NCBI GenBank assembly: GCA_011109175.1
Contig: RDEW01000032.1
Span: 651,334 to 715,333 of the forward strand
DNA: 64,000 bases
DNA from: Dicyema japonicum
Lineage: Eukaryota > Animalia > Dicyemida
Reading direction: 5' to 3'
The notes below the pieces were generated by a model. That model was given only the letters and a program-made list of their open reading frames with translations. It did not search any database and was not told the DNA's origin. The position numbers and the translations under genes were made by a program. Of the stretch, positions 16,061 to 29,889 are shown one piece after another. Position 1 is the stretch's first letter. Each line of letters begins with the position of its first letter.

Positions 16061-17063
16061 ATTTAGATATATTTTTAATTACAATTTTTATTAGTTTTGG
16101 GCGAATTTAAAAATCCTTTGCATAATATTGGTGGTCTTAGTTGTTTAGAATAAAGTATGTGTCCTCGCACGCTGACGTTAATTAAGTGCATTATGCCATC
16201 TGGTTATAGGACCACGTGTCACCATTTTATTCGTCTATCTCTTAAACCCATTGTGGTAAGTTGTGTTTACAGTCTCTCTAGTTTTAGTGAGTTGGGGTCC
16301 CAGTCCGAACTAACGTCAGATTGAAAAATTATCGTTATCTGAAAAATTAACCACTAGATTAAATCTTATTGTGGGATTGATAGAATTAGTAACAAAATTT
16401 CATTTTTACCTCTAATCAATCGGAGACCTCGCTTATGGAGGCTAACGTTCTTTTGGTGACAATAATCTCATTTTCTGTACACTTAAAAATCAATACTTAT
16501 ATTGTTGACGGACACTAACGCGTACACACACGCAATCTACGTGACCACCTGCCAACCCGAGGAAGATGTTTTAAACCCGATTTAAGTCAAAATTCCTACC
16601 TTTCCAATGCTTTAATCAAATCCCCCCGTGTTGCTAAAATGTTGCATTCGATAGAATGAAGAGTTTTCGCTGGGCTTATCAATCTTTCTGAATTCTAAAA
16701 TTTTTCTCGGGAAAATTCCTCAATTGGATTTACTCGGGCGAATATGGGGGTAAATATTTAATTCATGTTCCATTACATGAATCCATATTGCGAATTTGTA
16801 ATATCTCATTGCTATGGAAACCAATTTCATAATGGAAAAATTACCGGACACTGACCTAATCGTTTCCATCGAAATCAAACGTCGTTTTGAGTCAACTGAA
16901 TACCCGTCTTTGATAGAGCCCTCGTGTTTCACAGCTGAGAAGAGATAGAATGACCTTTGTTTGTTTTCACAAGGAAGATCTCTTGTTTAGGATATGTGCG
17001 TGGCCTCACTCATTGGTCATTCTGACTGCCCAATTGCCTACTCTACTTAAGAGAGGGAACTGA

Positions 17064-17146
17064 AGATATACTCGGCCCCTGTAGATATACTCTCTTGAAA
17101 GTGACTCTAAAAAGTAGATATACTCGGCCCCTGTAGATATACTCTC
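17064..17146. repeat. 31-bp perfect direct repeat, two copies, 21-bp spacer
   Basis: AGATATACTCGGCCCCTGTAGATATACTCTC at 17064-17094 and 17116-17146. Confidence 0.85.
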
Positions 17147-17293
17147 ACGGCCTTTAATATAGTCGATCCTCTTACGAAGATATTAGGAACTTCAATTTTT
17201 GATACCAACGAATGAGAAAATACCTAACTTATTGCACTCACGTGACATTATCCAAATTAAAGTCATCATTAGGGGCATTTAAATGCTATAATG

Positions 17294-18720
17294 CAGGGGT
17301 GTCAAAGATACGGCCCGCGACATAAGTTTAAAAGTGTATTTAAAATCGCATCAATCTAGAATTATTATTTAACACCAAATAAGAACACAAGAATTTAGAA
17401 TCTAAATACAAATCAAAAATTAGAACTTAAAAAAAATAATTAATTGTTTAATTATTTTATTTAAAATTTAATTTAAAATTAAATTTGCTTATTACGGAAA
17501 GGTATCATCAAAACCTTATAGTGATGGTGATTTTATAAAATCATGTATTATGAAAGCTACTGAAATCATATGCCCTGCTAATCGACCTGATTTCTCAAGC
17601 ATTAGCCATACAAGAATTACTGTGGCGAATAGGATTTCGGATCTTTCCACAGCTCAAGTCAAAAATCATTACATTTTCTGTTGCTATTGACGAGAGCACT
17701 GACATTATGGATGTGGTTCTGTTAGCCATATTCATTCGTGGTGTGGACGAGAATTTTACGGTCACAGAGAAGTTCCTTGATTTGATGCCTATGGTGGACA
17801 TCACTACGGCAAATGAAATATTCAAATATCTCGTCAGAGTGTTGGATAACTTTGGAGTGGAATGAGCACGTGCTGTTAGTGTGGCTGCAGATGGTTCTCC
17901 ATCAATGATTGGGAAAAAAACTGGTGTTGTGGCTCAATTCAGAGAAAAGGTACAGACTGCAAATGGAGATGTGATTTTTGGATATTTCACTGTATTTTGC
18001 ACCAGGAGGTATTGTGCACCAAATCGTTAAAAATGGACCATGTAATGGAGGTGGTCGTCCGAACAGTAAATTTTATCCGTGCCAGAGGTCTAAATCACCG
18101 TCAATTCGACAATTTTCTCAGCGATATTGGTTTTACTCACGGATTACCACATCATCCCGAAGTAAGGTGGTTATGTCGAGGTGTGGTATTGAAGAGATTT
18201 TTTTGATTTAAGAGAAGGAATCAAACACTTCATGTTTGCAAAGAACAAACCATTACCAGAATTGGAATCTCTTGATTGGTTGCTAGATTTAGCTTTTTTG
18301 GTGGATACTACAGAACACCTGAACACACTTAACAAAGTTTGCAAGACCGAAATAAAGTTGTTGCACAGTATTTTGAATCATACAAGCTTTCACTATGAAA
18401 CTAATGTTATGGGAGAAACAATTGACAGTGAGAAACACTGAGCATTTTTCTTGTTTAAAAAATGTAATTTTCACCACATGTTGGCATGAATAAAGAGAAA
18501 ACAACAGGTTTGCTACGACAGTTTGAGACACGTTTTGAAATTTTCCGTGAACTTGAAAATGAATTTACTGTTTTTCGATCACCATTTACTGCAAATATTG
18601 CTCATCTTCCAGCCAGCCACAACTGGAAATTATTGATTTGAAATATGACTCAGATCTTAAAAATAAATTAACCATGGTGGGCTTAGGCAGCTTTTCACGC
18701 ATCAATATGCTTTGGCTTGA
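17294..18720 (+). mobile_element. hAT (GTF2IRD2-like) transposon: left TIR plus decayed transposase
   Basis: Left end CAGGGGTGTCAAA..GGCCCGCG; [34 protein letters not shown] and DLAFLVD motifs with stops and frameshifts. Confidence 0.9.
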
Positions 18721-18799
18721 CGAGTGACGCCGTCATCAGTGAACTTCACTGCGGAACCGGATCGTCTATGAAGGAGATACATTAAAGAAAAAAACAAAG

Positions 18800-19850
18800 A
18801 AGTGAAGAGCATTCCTTCATAAGAAAATGCTATTTCGTGCCAGCAGTTGGCTTGTAGATTCTCAAACATGTTTCGAAAGACAATATCGAGAAAACAATAA
18901 ATAATCTTTTACTGAAGAAGGTCACTATTTTGAAAGATTCAAAAAATTATCAACCGTCTTTTAAAACTGCACATAAACCAAAGTTTCCAAAGTTTGAAGA
19001 TAATTTAGTTGGCTTGATGGAGGTAGTAGAGTCTACTATTCTTTACAACGTCGTTACCTGGAGACAAGTTCTGGAACGCTGGAACGAGTCAGGATCAAGG
19101 AGTTAGTTAGTTCGGTTACCTTTGGTTTTTGGAATTAATTTTTTAATGATAAATTCAAAAAGAGACACGGATTAAGATTGTTCATGTTACACGGAAAAGT
19201 GCGAACAGATAAATCTGTCGACATTGAATCCTTGAAGAATTCAAGAAATTTCAAAACCACATAAACCCGACCAAATCTATAATCTGGATAAACTGATTAT
19301 ACTATAAGCTCATTCCATCGAAGAGCATCTGCAGAAACCGATTTCAAGATTACAACAATTTTAAGGACCGTGTCTCAATTATGTTTTGTTCAAACGTGAG
19401 CGAATGCATGATGCTTGCAAGACCAAAAATGCCTTGATGTTTTCGAAATTATGACCATAGATCCGTCTCCTACTATAGTTCACAGAGAGCTTGGAAGACT
19501 GGATGTTTATGGATTGGTTGATTTTTTTGATATTCAGTAATGAATTGAAAAAACGAATTTTACTATGATTGACAACTGCTTGCACATTGAGTCCCGCCGA
19601 ACTTGGAATATATAAAAATATTGTTTCTTACGAAAAAATAGTACGGGGTTGCTTCAACCCATGGATATTGGCACCACAAGAGTAATTTGACCAGACGCAA
19701 GTTAATCTGTTTGACGGAATTGTTGGAAACTCAGAATATATCTGCTTACAGTTCTTACAGGAAATTGAATTCAAGGATACGGTTTTTTTTAAAAATGCTT
19801 GGGAAGACGTATCCGAAGAGACGATCTAATTTCTTCAATTGGAAAGTACA
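18800..19850 (+). mobile_element. Decayed Tigger/pogo transposase
   Basis: FKKRHGLRLFMLHGK (CENP-B HTH end), PDQIYNLD (first catalytic Asp), KDRVSIMFCSN and IDNC (second Asp). Confidence 0.8.
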
Positions 19851-20439
19851 CAGCAAGTATTATTGAAGGAAAGAAAAAACAGCGAGGAATTACATTTTAT
19901 TTTAATAAAATTTAAATACGTTTTTTTCGTTCATTTAAGGCACTTTAAAAAATTCTTTGTTCATTGTTCTTCAAAATTATTGATTTTATTTTTTTTCAAA
20001 TTGGCCATGTCTCAATTTGGCCACGAAATTCTAAGGAACCAAAATGACCAATTCGTGAGGGTCGAGAGTATAATAAATCAAGATGTATGATCTACGATTC
20101 ATTAAAGAAATTTAAAGTTCTACAACAAAGAATTAATATAGAAGATATATTTTCAGAGATATGGTCTCCAGATGTTGTTACCACAAGGTCTTCACCTGGA
20201 TAATCATTAGAAGGGTTGCTGGTTAGCCGCTGTACATTACTATATCGAGAATTACGACGCCCTATGGATATAATTAGTTCCTTTGAATGTTACAGTCTAA
20301 AAACGCCATCAATTAGCACATCTACACGTGACTCATTATAACAATTTTTGAACTCTTTTGAATCGGATCAGTTGATCAAAGAGTAACTCATAAAAATTTT
20401 ACATTACATAAAGCACATAAAAGGATGAAATATTTGGAT

Positions 20440-20560
20440 TTTGTAGAGGATCCAACGGAAGTAAGAAAATATTTTACGCAGCGCTGCTGTTTCTTTGAGA
20501 GAATCTCGCTCGCAATCCTGAGAGGCAATTGACGGAATGGCTTCACAACTAAGAGATGCT
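20440..20560 (+). mobile_element. CRE-like 3' stub
   Basis: RISLAILRGN terminal motif. Confidence 0.5.
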
Positions 20561-21499
20561 AGCCCCGCGAATAGTCAAAATGGTAATGATTAGAGGGACT
20601 GGCTTCACAACCCTGGGCTCTTAACTTATACTCTTTATTTGTTTTCTTTTCAAAAAAATACTGCTATAGTCATCATTCTACTTCCATAGAAGGCATAGCT
20701 ATGCTCACAGTCAATCCAGGAAAGGTTTATTCCGAGGTATCTTACCTACTGAAATCGTGTTCAGTCATGGATGAGCATTCCTGGTCGTCCTACGTATTGA
20801 GCTGCTTCTTAAACCCTTAATAAAAAAACTTGGTCGGATTTTGCAATCTCATAAACCTCTCATTACTCAGTTAACCAAATAGTGAATCGGTGGAGACTTA
20901 CCTATGTTTGTGAAATTTCTTCATTTTGTTATAATTGCCTAAGTTTGAATATCATCTACACAGAATTTGGATGACCCTGACCATTTCGATGGCGTAGAGC
21001 AAGGACGACAGCAAAAGACATCATCATAAGGGTACATTTTGTTACTCTTTGAAAGGAAGAGGTTCGCTTTGTCTGATAGCTCCTACCATTTATCCAATTC
21101 ACCTCTTAAGTGGGGGATCTGTGATAACCAATGATTTGACTAGAAAATGTTGAACTTCTCACGCTGTCTATGGTGATTTCGCGGATTTATTGCTTTCAAG
21201 GTAAATTTTAGATACCATTTCATAGTGCTGAATAACCAAATATATAAGCATAGTGAGATTAAAGGATTTATTCAAGCTCTCCAGTGACGTCATACTGGAG
21301 GATGCTCAAAATCAAATCATGATCCCCCATTGGATATTTGGTATAGGATCTGTTTCGTTCAGTTTCTTTACTTTCCGTGTTCCACCAGAGTGGCCTCATG
21401 TGGTTGTCTCAAGTGTATCGTGGTGTCACGAAAATCATCTACTTTCTATCAGGTTCCACGACTCAAAGGACTGCAAGTTTTAATCTCTCTACAGGTATA

Positions 21500-21750
21500 G
21501 GATGATCTTATGAAGGTTGAATTCGTTAAATTTATCATAATTTGTCGGGAGGTGAGGATCCTGACCTCTATTGCACGAAATATCCACATAGCTTCAGTAT
21601 GGATAACGCCTTGTTTTTTCTGTGAGCATGGACGAGGTGACGAACTCTGGAGTCTTTGAAAACCCCAAGTTCTGAACAAAGGAAGTGTTAGTTGTACTCG
21701 GATCATGTTTCGAATCTGACCAGGCCAAAATTGAGATGACTGGAGGATCA
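21500..21750 (-). mobile_element. LINE 3' fragment, homologous to 38070-38290 (+)
   Basis: Shared ttgttcagaacttggg.ttttcaa..gt.acctcg between the two loci in opposite orientation. Confidence 0.6.
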
Positions 21751-22689
21751 CAAGGCGGAAGCCACACATGTAGGATTAGTAAACCAAATCAGTCTACTTA
21801 AAACCCTTCCCCCGGAAATTTGATGTAAGTTTCAAATGCGAATGTGTTGGTGGAGGTGATGTTCCACGCTAGAAGTATATCCCCCGGGAACATGTTTAAA
21901 ATCCTATTTGAGCATAATCGGCCTCTCCGGTTTGTCCTTTCTGCTTTATAAACGATTATTTTTGTCCGTCTTCGAGTTATGCACCACACCCCCTTGGTTG
22001 CAACTTTCTCTTAACCTCCTTTTCCTTTACATGAGAGGACTGGGAGTAAACAAGAACAAAGCTCTAATATGACCAAAATAAAAAGCGGGAAAATTGTTAG
22101 AACCTGCAAGTTTGAGGTGGAGGAACGGATTCAGAAAGAAAAATATAAGACGATTATTAAAGGAGAGAGGGTGCTGGCCTTCCAGGCCTCATGGTAAACT
22201 CAAGTAAAATATCATGAAAACAAGCGAACAGCTTTGATTTGAATCTTTAACTTCTCCACACACTATCCATATATATTTCTTTTATTGGACTATAGGAAAT
22301 TTTCCAAATTTTTGACAGGAATCCACCCCTTAAACAATTTCTTAACATTTGAAATGCTTTGCTGGTAGAAAACCTCTCATTAAAAGTGTCAGCACTCAAT
22401 TGGCAGCCACCACGAATCTTGCCTTGGAACAACCAACAACTTTACTCGTCAACTGGCACTTGTCATTGTGACAAACACTGGCGATCACTGTCCTCAGGAG
22501 TATTAGATGGTCAGGAATAAGCCGTTGTGGTCTACCGCTAACCCCAGATGGTTATGCAGCCCAGGAGCAAAATGTCCTACTTCTGATCGTGTATTTTCTT
22601 TCATCAAATCATTAGGAAGGGTACCAGGATTTGTTTACGTACTTGAGAAAACAGACATACAGTCAACCACAGGAGACATTTATTTATTT

Positions 22690-24065
22690 AAACACCCCAA
22701 GACCACTTATTATTATTATTTAACCCAAGAACACCAATAGTTAATTTAATTGTATTAAACTAATTAGGTGATCCCAGCCGCCTCCATCAGGTCTCTCATC
22801 TTTTTCCGGTGGAACTTCTGAGATCCAACACAGCTTCTTTGAGGACGGGAAGGTTTTGAAAGAAATACAAGAGGGGTGATGTAAAGTCTTCTAGTAAGAC
22901 CCAATCCATTAGAGCATTGTAAGAAGTTGGATTTTCGGCACAGAGCGGCGAATCCCTTCCCATTTTGTCAGATAAGGTCTTCCAGAGAGGTGGGTGAGAC
23001 TGACTGTTTTCACGAGCTTGCCGATAGTTGTAGCTGATAGGGACTGAATATCATTGGTTTTCTGTTTGTTCGTCCAGGATAGGTTGATTCCCCAAGACGC
23101 ACAGGCGTAGCTGATAGATGGCTCAATGAATTGTTTATGTAGTAGTTTCAATGCTGGGAAAGGGGTTCTGATGCCACCAAAAATAGATTTGATCAAACCA
23201 AGCTTTCTTGAGCAGGTTTCGGAGATATATTCGACATGAGGGGAGAAGGTCATGTGCGTGTCAAAGGAGACTCCTAAGATTTTCAATTTCTTCGTAAAAG
23301 GTATTTTAGTTTGGTTGATAAATGAATCAACGGTCATTCTTCCAAGACGTTTGTCTGAGGTAAATAGGGATGTGGAGGACTTCTCAGGAGATATATCAAG
23401 TCTGTTGGAGATTAACCTATTTTGAATCACGTAGTTGTTTTTGAACTTTTTCTGAGGCATTTAGGAGATCCTGGTCACGGGATCCAATTAGAATGTTATC
23501 AGCATAAGGAAGGAGAAGATCGTCTTTATCAACTGATCGTGGCAAATCGGACATAAAAATGTTGAATAAGGCGGGGGACAAAGAAGAGCCTTGCGGAACA
23601 TCATTGGGAAGTAGTCTCGAAAGTGATTTGGTCCCATCCATACAAACCCGCGCCCTTCTCCCGCTGAGGAAATTCGAAAGCCAGAGTTTTAGTTTGGGGT
23701 TAATTGAGAGTCCAAATAATTTCCTGGTTAAGATTTTCCTGGAGACAGAGTCAAAGGCTTTACGCAGATCTACAGAGCAGACGATGGTTTTGAGGTGACG
23801 AGAACTTGAGTTGAAGCCATCAAGGATAAATTGATTGAGAGAAGTAAGGTGGGTGGACGTTGAATAGAAATTTCTGAAGCCATGTTGAGAGGAACTGAAG
23901 GAAAGGGACGGGGAAATGAGATCAAGTACCAGTTTTTCCAATAATTTTGAAAATGAACATAATAGAGAAATTGGTCGGTATGAAGCGGGATTGTTTTTGT
24001 CCTTGCCAGGTTTTGGTATTGGGCGTATGTGGGAAAGTTTCCAAATCGTAGGGATGGAATTCATG
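22690..24065 (-). mobile_element. 5'-truncated APE-type LINE (RT to 3' end)
   Basis: WKLSHIRPIPKPGK..SYRPISLL, QHGFR, DLRKAFDSV, VPQGSSLSP, YADNI and LGVSFD; ends AAGIT* followed by an AT-rich tail. Confidence 0.9.
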
Positions 24066-24225
24066 TCCAAAGAAAATTAAATTAAATATTAAATAAAATA
24101 TGTAATATGACTTAATATTTAAAATTATAATTATTTTAATTTATTAAAAAAGTAAATAAATTAACTTTGGAAAAGAATTAAATTCACGTGTTTATGTATG
24201 TCTAAGTGATATAAAAGTTTAGTCC

Positions 24226-27200
24226 ATGAAGTCTAAGATACCCGCTCTAGAAGTAAACTGTACAGTAATTTGTGTTGTCTCCAATGTGAACGAATGTGAA
24301 ATATTCGTTGATCTACCAAACAATTGCAAAGGAATTATTCCTGTTGATGCAATTTCGGATATTTATACCAAAAAGATGTCTGAACTTTTTCAAGATGGTT
24401 GTCCACAGAAAATCATCGGTCTATCAAGTCTGTTCAGTCCAGGGGATGTTTTGAGAGGGAAAATAACTGAACTATCCCAAAATATCTTCAAACTTACGAT
24501 CAATCCGCGTGAGATTAACGGAGATCTCCAACTACACCACGGAATGGTGGGGACTTATAATTATTGCAGGTAATCCAAGGAATGGTGATAAACGACAACT
24601 ACGTTGACATCGGTTTCACCCACGTGATTGGATTGTTAAAATCTAAAATGCGTATTTTTTTCGTTGATTCAAGTCACTGAATTCGCGTTCCGTGAATTCC
24701 GCGTTTTGTTGTCATCAGGGTTTGAGAAAGTCAACGAGAACATATCCACTGTGAATGTGGAGATTGCTTATTACGGAAAGGTATTATTTTCAGCGATCAT
24801 AGAACGTTTTTAATGTTCCTTCGTCCTACCCAGTTCAGGCTGGTATGATTGTCAGATTCAAGCAAAGAGAAGACGCATGTGTCGAGTTTGGAGGAAGGAA
24901 GGGAATCCTGGTGGATGCCAGACTCAAATCTGAGGTAATTATGCGGAAATATATTAGAAACTTGCCCGAGTGCTTTATGAGGTAAATTCTCGTTATGTTC
25001 TGACTGCTGCAACACACTGGGTTAAATATACTCCCAATATTGCGAAAGATTGGACATTTAAGTGTAAAGATCTCAGTATAAGCGTTTGCGTGAATCAAAC
25101 GGAGAATTTACTTACGGAAGGTGTGAGGACTACGATGTAGATGTCTTTTTTGATGAGGGGAAGGGTACTGTTGGGGACATCGTGAGGTTGTGCACTATTT
25201 AACTTCAGATGTAAGTTTAAAGGAGCAAATTTTTTCGATAAGTGTTGGCACGTGACTCTGGAACAATTGAAGACTGGGAGTGTCGTCAAAGTACTGCGTA
25301 TATTTATTTAGGCTGTGGTAGCATCGATATCTCCCTCGTGCGTTTGTGTGGATGTGAAGAATGCTAGTGGGATTATTTATAGCAAATATCTGGAGAAAGG
25401 GAACTACACTGTTGGAAGTGAGATTGACTGCAAGGTGAGTAGACTACTAAGATTAGGTGTGGAGTGTAGACCCTGTGCTTTTATTGTGCAATAAACGAGA
25501 GCTGATAGAGACTGAACTGCCTCAGTCATTCGAATCAATGAAGATTGGGGACATTTATAGAGGGCTTGTCGTTTCCCATAAATCAGTTAGCTTAGGAGGA
25601 AGTGTTCGGGTTGTACTGTTTTTTAACGCAAAGGGGATTTTGCTTGATAGTGAGTGTAGTATAGGCGATGTGGTGGATTGCACTGTTGTGGAAAACAAGG
25701 GGAGATTAAAGTTTCTAAATGTTTGTCTTATTGGTCTATTTTTAGACTAAATACGAGGATCCCCTCGATTGGAGTCGCTTTACTGTGGGAATGGTATTCT
25801 GGGTGTTTATTGTAGTTTGTGGATGTTCAGATTGTGCATAAATATGAGACTGACTTGGTTGCCAGGATAACTGGGACCTATTTATTTGTGCGACTCCCAA
25901 TGAGACACCTTAGTGACTGTGTGGAAGCCTGCCTTCTTATTTATAAGGGCAGTAAGCCGGGGGATGTCTTAACTGGGTGTAGGATATTCAAACTTGGGAA
26001 TAACCCAGTAGCTTTGTTTTTACTAGTTAGATTGTCTCACGTAAACCCTCATTCTTGAGTCAGAGTTATATTACCACCAAATTTGATGACTTCCACGTTA
26101 TCTTATTATTTACCCCTTTCTAGATTTCCCAGCTTTATACAGGCTATGTTGCAAATATAAAGTCTTTTGGCGTGTTCGTAGAATTTCCTGGGGGGTTTGC
26201 TGGGTTGTCTCCACCACAGGTTTGCCCGCCAATTTATTCTAGAAATTGGGTAACCATACTCCAAACGAATTTCAAAACTCATTTAAACTGGGTCAGAGAG
26301 TGAGGGCTATTGTGGTGGATACTCAAATTGAGAATGAACGGCTTCTCCTTAACCTTAGAATGACGGACTGCTGCTATGTTGCTGACGACATTCAAATCGA
26401 GAGTTTGGTGGATTCTGCTGCCCAGTTCTGTGTTGCCTGTTCTTCCCATAAAAGTTTATTTCCGCTTATTGTAGTTACTGCCAAAGACGGGACAATCGTG
26501 TCCTCACAGATCGGATTGATCGTTGGAGCTAAGGTGAGAAAGAACATGGAGACTGGAGTTTTCTACTGCAGGATTGCAAAGGGATTCTACGGGTATTTAG
26601 TCGATGGCCCAGAAGTGGAGGGAATCTCTGAGGTCGTCATGGTAGGTTATGACATCGCAAAGTCCCTGGTTATGATCAGTTCTGACAAGAGGCTCATATC
26701 TGGTATTAGAAGGGGCATGAAGGTTGTCGTTGTGCTTATTCAGTTGTGTGCTGACCAAATTGTGCAGGCTAGAGTGCTCTCAATTTTGTATGATTTCGCT
26801 ATTCTCGCCATAACAACCGATAAAATGTCGACTATTGGGTTTATTTCGACGAAAAAGTGTTGGAATGACTTTTTCTCGGAAACTGAATTTATTCCTGGAC
26901 AGAAGTTTGTGGCTGTGGTCAAAAGGTTGAAGTATTGGTGACTGTAGAGTTTCGGAGGATGGTCACTTTGGATACTGCTTGTCGAAAGGGAGAAGTGTGA
27001 GTAGTGTAAAAAGACCAATTAAGGTGGGATCTCATTATCCGGCCACGTAAGCTGTGGTTTGATGAATAGAGTGAAATCAGTGGAGAGGAGACAGCTTGTT
27101 GTTAGCGTGAAGGGGCATCTAGGGAGAGTCCATATTACGCAGATTAGCGAATTCTGTTCCCTGGTAAGCTGCTATATCTATTTCAGGGCAAAAATCCACT

Positions 27201-29074
27201 CTCTGACTATCGAGTGAACCAAAAAGTGAAGGTTACTGTGGTTTCAATGCATTCAAAGTGCTTCAGGAGATTGTAACGTTATGTGTTCATTTGTAGGAAG
27301 TATTCCCTTCAGAGTAATCAGTCAAACTGTGAGCTGATTGAGTGTAGTATGCGACAATGGTATTGATTGGTCTAATAGCAGCTTTGAGGATGACTTTAAG
27401 CAGGGACAGTGTGTTGATGCTTTCCTTGACAAATATGACGGGCGACACACAATGAAAGTTTTAATATCGCCCAAAATACCCGCTAAAATGGATTTATTGC
27501 AATGTTCAAAAAATATAAATGTTTATTTTATTTTTATTAAAGATTGTAAATAATCCAAATTCGTTTTTTCCCTACAAGTGTTTCCGAGCATTCATCATTG
27601 GAAGGTCAGATAATTGTGTAGAGTTATCTGTCATATCAAGTGTGTTTTAGCTTATTTGTAGATAATCTGGAGTTTCAGCTTCAGCCTGGTCAGAAAGTGA
27701 TAGGACGGATTGTCAAATGGAATGATGAAAAGTCAGCCTGGTCTGTTCTTTTGCCCAACAACACAATCTCTTTTTCAAATGGAAAGTATAGACAAGGAGA
27801 ATATGTCCAATTTTGCTATGGAGGAGATAATCTTCTGTCTATTAAGGCTTGTGGCAGGTCTGATGTTAATGAGAGGTTTAGTGAGTCTGTTAAAAGAAAA
27901 AAGAGTGCTATAATCAAGGTTCGCGTTTTCCCCTATTTGTAGGAAACTAAACGGCCAATTAAACAGCCTGTTGTCCCCGAGTTTGAGTGGGACGAGGATA
28001 TTGTGAGTGAAAAGGAGGAGACAGAGGAAGAATTGGATCCTTTTGCAGCTCCTGATGAGGAAGAGTACACAAAGAAGTGTGAAATTAAACGAAGATCCGC
28101 AAAAAGTGAGGGCAGGAGGGCCATTGACGTGAGAGCGGTTCGATTATCTGAAATATTTTTTAGACAGAAAAGAAGTTGATCGATGATGGATACCGACAGC
28201 CAGAGACCTATGATGACTTTGAGAGGATTGTTTGTGCCTCTCCCTCAAGCTCAATTGCTTGGATGAGATACATTGCCTTTCATTTAGAAAACTCTGATCT
28301 ACAGAATGCACGTGCTGTGGGAAGGCGAGCTCTCAAGTCGATATCCCCAAGGTGAAGACTTATAGTGATTCCAGTGATGAGCAGGAGTACTTCAACGTTT
28401 GGGTGGGAATTTTGAATATGGAGAATATGTACGGGACCGAGACATTCGATTCGTCAGTAGCTGAAGCAGCTCAGTTGAATGATCCAGTGAAAATATTTTT
28501 ACAGGCGGCCTCAATAATGAGCAATGCGGGGAAGACTAAGGTTCAGTCTGACGATCATTGCAGGAGGCTGAGGCTTACTATTTCAAAGCTCTTAAAAAGT
28601 CATCGAATTCTGACTTGGGAGTTTGGCTCGATTTGGTTTCTTTCTACTACAAAAATGGACTTTTCGATAGCGGAAGGAAGCTCATCTATAGGTCTGCAAA
28701 TTCTGTTACCTCAAAACAACGTTGTATTTGTTCTGATTGTAGATGTTGAGATTATGAAGAGATCAGCTCACCATGAATATAAGTTTGGGGACTCTGAGAA
28801 GGGGAAGAGTATGTTTGAGAGTCTTATAGCGACATATCCTCGACGGACTGATATTTGGTCGATCTTTGTGGACGTTCTGATAGTAGCAGGACAGATTGAG
28901 GGTGCCAGAGATGTACTGAATCGATCAATTAGTCTAAACCTTAACCCAAAGAAGATGCAGCCTTTGTTCAAGAAGTTCATTGAGTTTGAGAAGCTGCATG
29001 GGGATGAAGGGAAGGTCAATTACGTCAAAATGAAGGCTTCTGAGTTTATTGATGTTAAAAAACTGAAATTGTGA
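24226..29074 (+). CDS. RRP5: RRP5/PDCD11 rRNA-processing protein (S1 repeats plus C-terminal HAT/TPR), many 20-26-nt introns
   Basis: Repeated S1-like segments (EIFVDLP, FGVFVEFPGG.AGL) and the C-terminus SPQSSIAWMRYIAFHLE..NVWVGILNMENMYG..YPRRTDIWSIFVD..KMQPLFKKFIEFEKLHGD. I did not place every intron. Confidence 0.93.
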
Positions 29075-29214
29075 TTTTATAAATTTAAAATATTAATTTT
29101 TGAAATTTCTGTGGTGGTTTGTGTTGAAAAATTTAAATTTATAAATTTAACAGTAAACTGTCTCAAATCTGCCATTTTTGGTCAAATTTCACTCAATTTA
29201 TTAGGGAAAATTAA

Positions 29215-29560
29215 GCTGCTAGTAGCAGCCGGATTTACTTTTTTCTGGAACCCGTCTGTCTCGACAGAGGTGATTGCAAGAGACAGGGTGGCGTGGCAAC
29301 CATTCCATGGAACCAGGGAGGTGTCTTACTTATGATTCAACGTTCATAGACACTTTTTCTAATGGGAATTTGCTTAAGTTATCGTTGCACGCGAGTAAAG
29401 CAGCGAGCACTTCTGAATATTCGAAAAGGAAGTACCACGATATCTTGCACCGCTTCGTGTAACGGCCGATCTCCGTCGAGACGTATGGCGAAATATGTCT
29501 GATTTTATCAGGTTAATCGGACGGCTTGGAGAAGCTGAAGGGTGAACCTAGAATGACGCG
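29215..29560 (+). mobile_element. CRE-like restriction-like endonuclease fragment
   Basis: LEPVCLDRGDCKRQGGVATIPWNQGRCLTYDSTFIDT..ISVETYG, matching the R.DG..PW..G..L.WD.T pattern. Confidence 0.7.
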
Positions 29561-29889
29561 ATGACTTATCAAGAACATTAAACTCGCGATTGTGTGAGGT
29601 AACTCTCATTGATTGCTCAATGCCTGCAGGCCATAATGGGGACCTGTCATAACAACTTCACTTTATGTGGATAAATAAAGTGTGGTGTCATGTGATCCAC
29701 CTGTCTCAGGTGGCACCCAGTGCCAGATTAGCACGAAAAAGGATCATTTCCTCTCCCCCACTCAACTGGATGGGTTCCCACAACTGTAAGGAATGGAGGT
29801 GTTTAATGCTGGTTCCGGATGTACTTGTGTGAAGTTAAAGGACTGTTTATGTAACAGTGGAAACTAGATACACTTAATTAGTTTTATTT

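Noticed and set aside
17064-17146. 31-bp repeat, spacer, repeat resembling a mini CRISPR array
   Set aside because: Only two units, a 21-bp spacer, internal sub-repeats, eukaryotic context and no cas genes.
18737-18751. Short hairpins with 1-nt spacer at TE junctions (also 1322-1338) as hAT excision footprints
   Set aside because: Arms of 7-8 bp are expected several times by chance in 64 kb.
25060-25140. Possible GC-AG intron in RRP5
   Set aside because: A 20-nt GT-AG intron (gtgtgaggactacgatgtag) slightly downstream restores the frame equally well.
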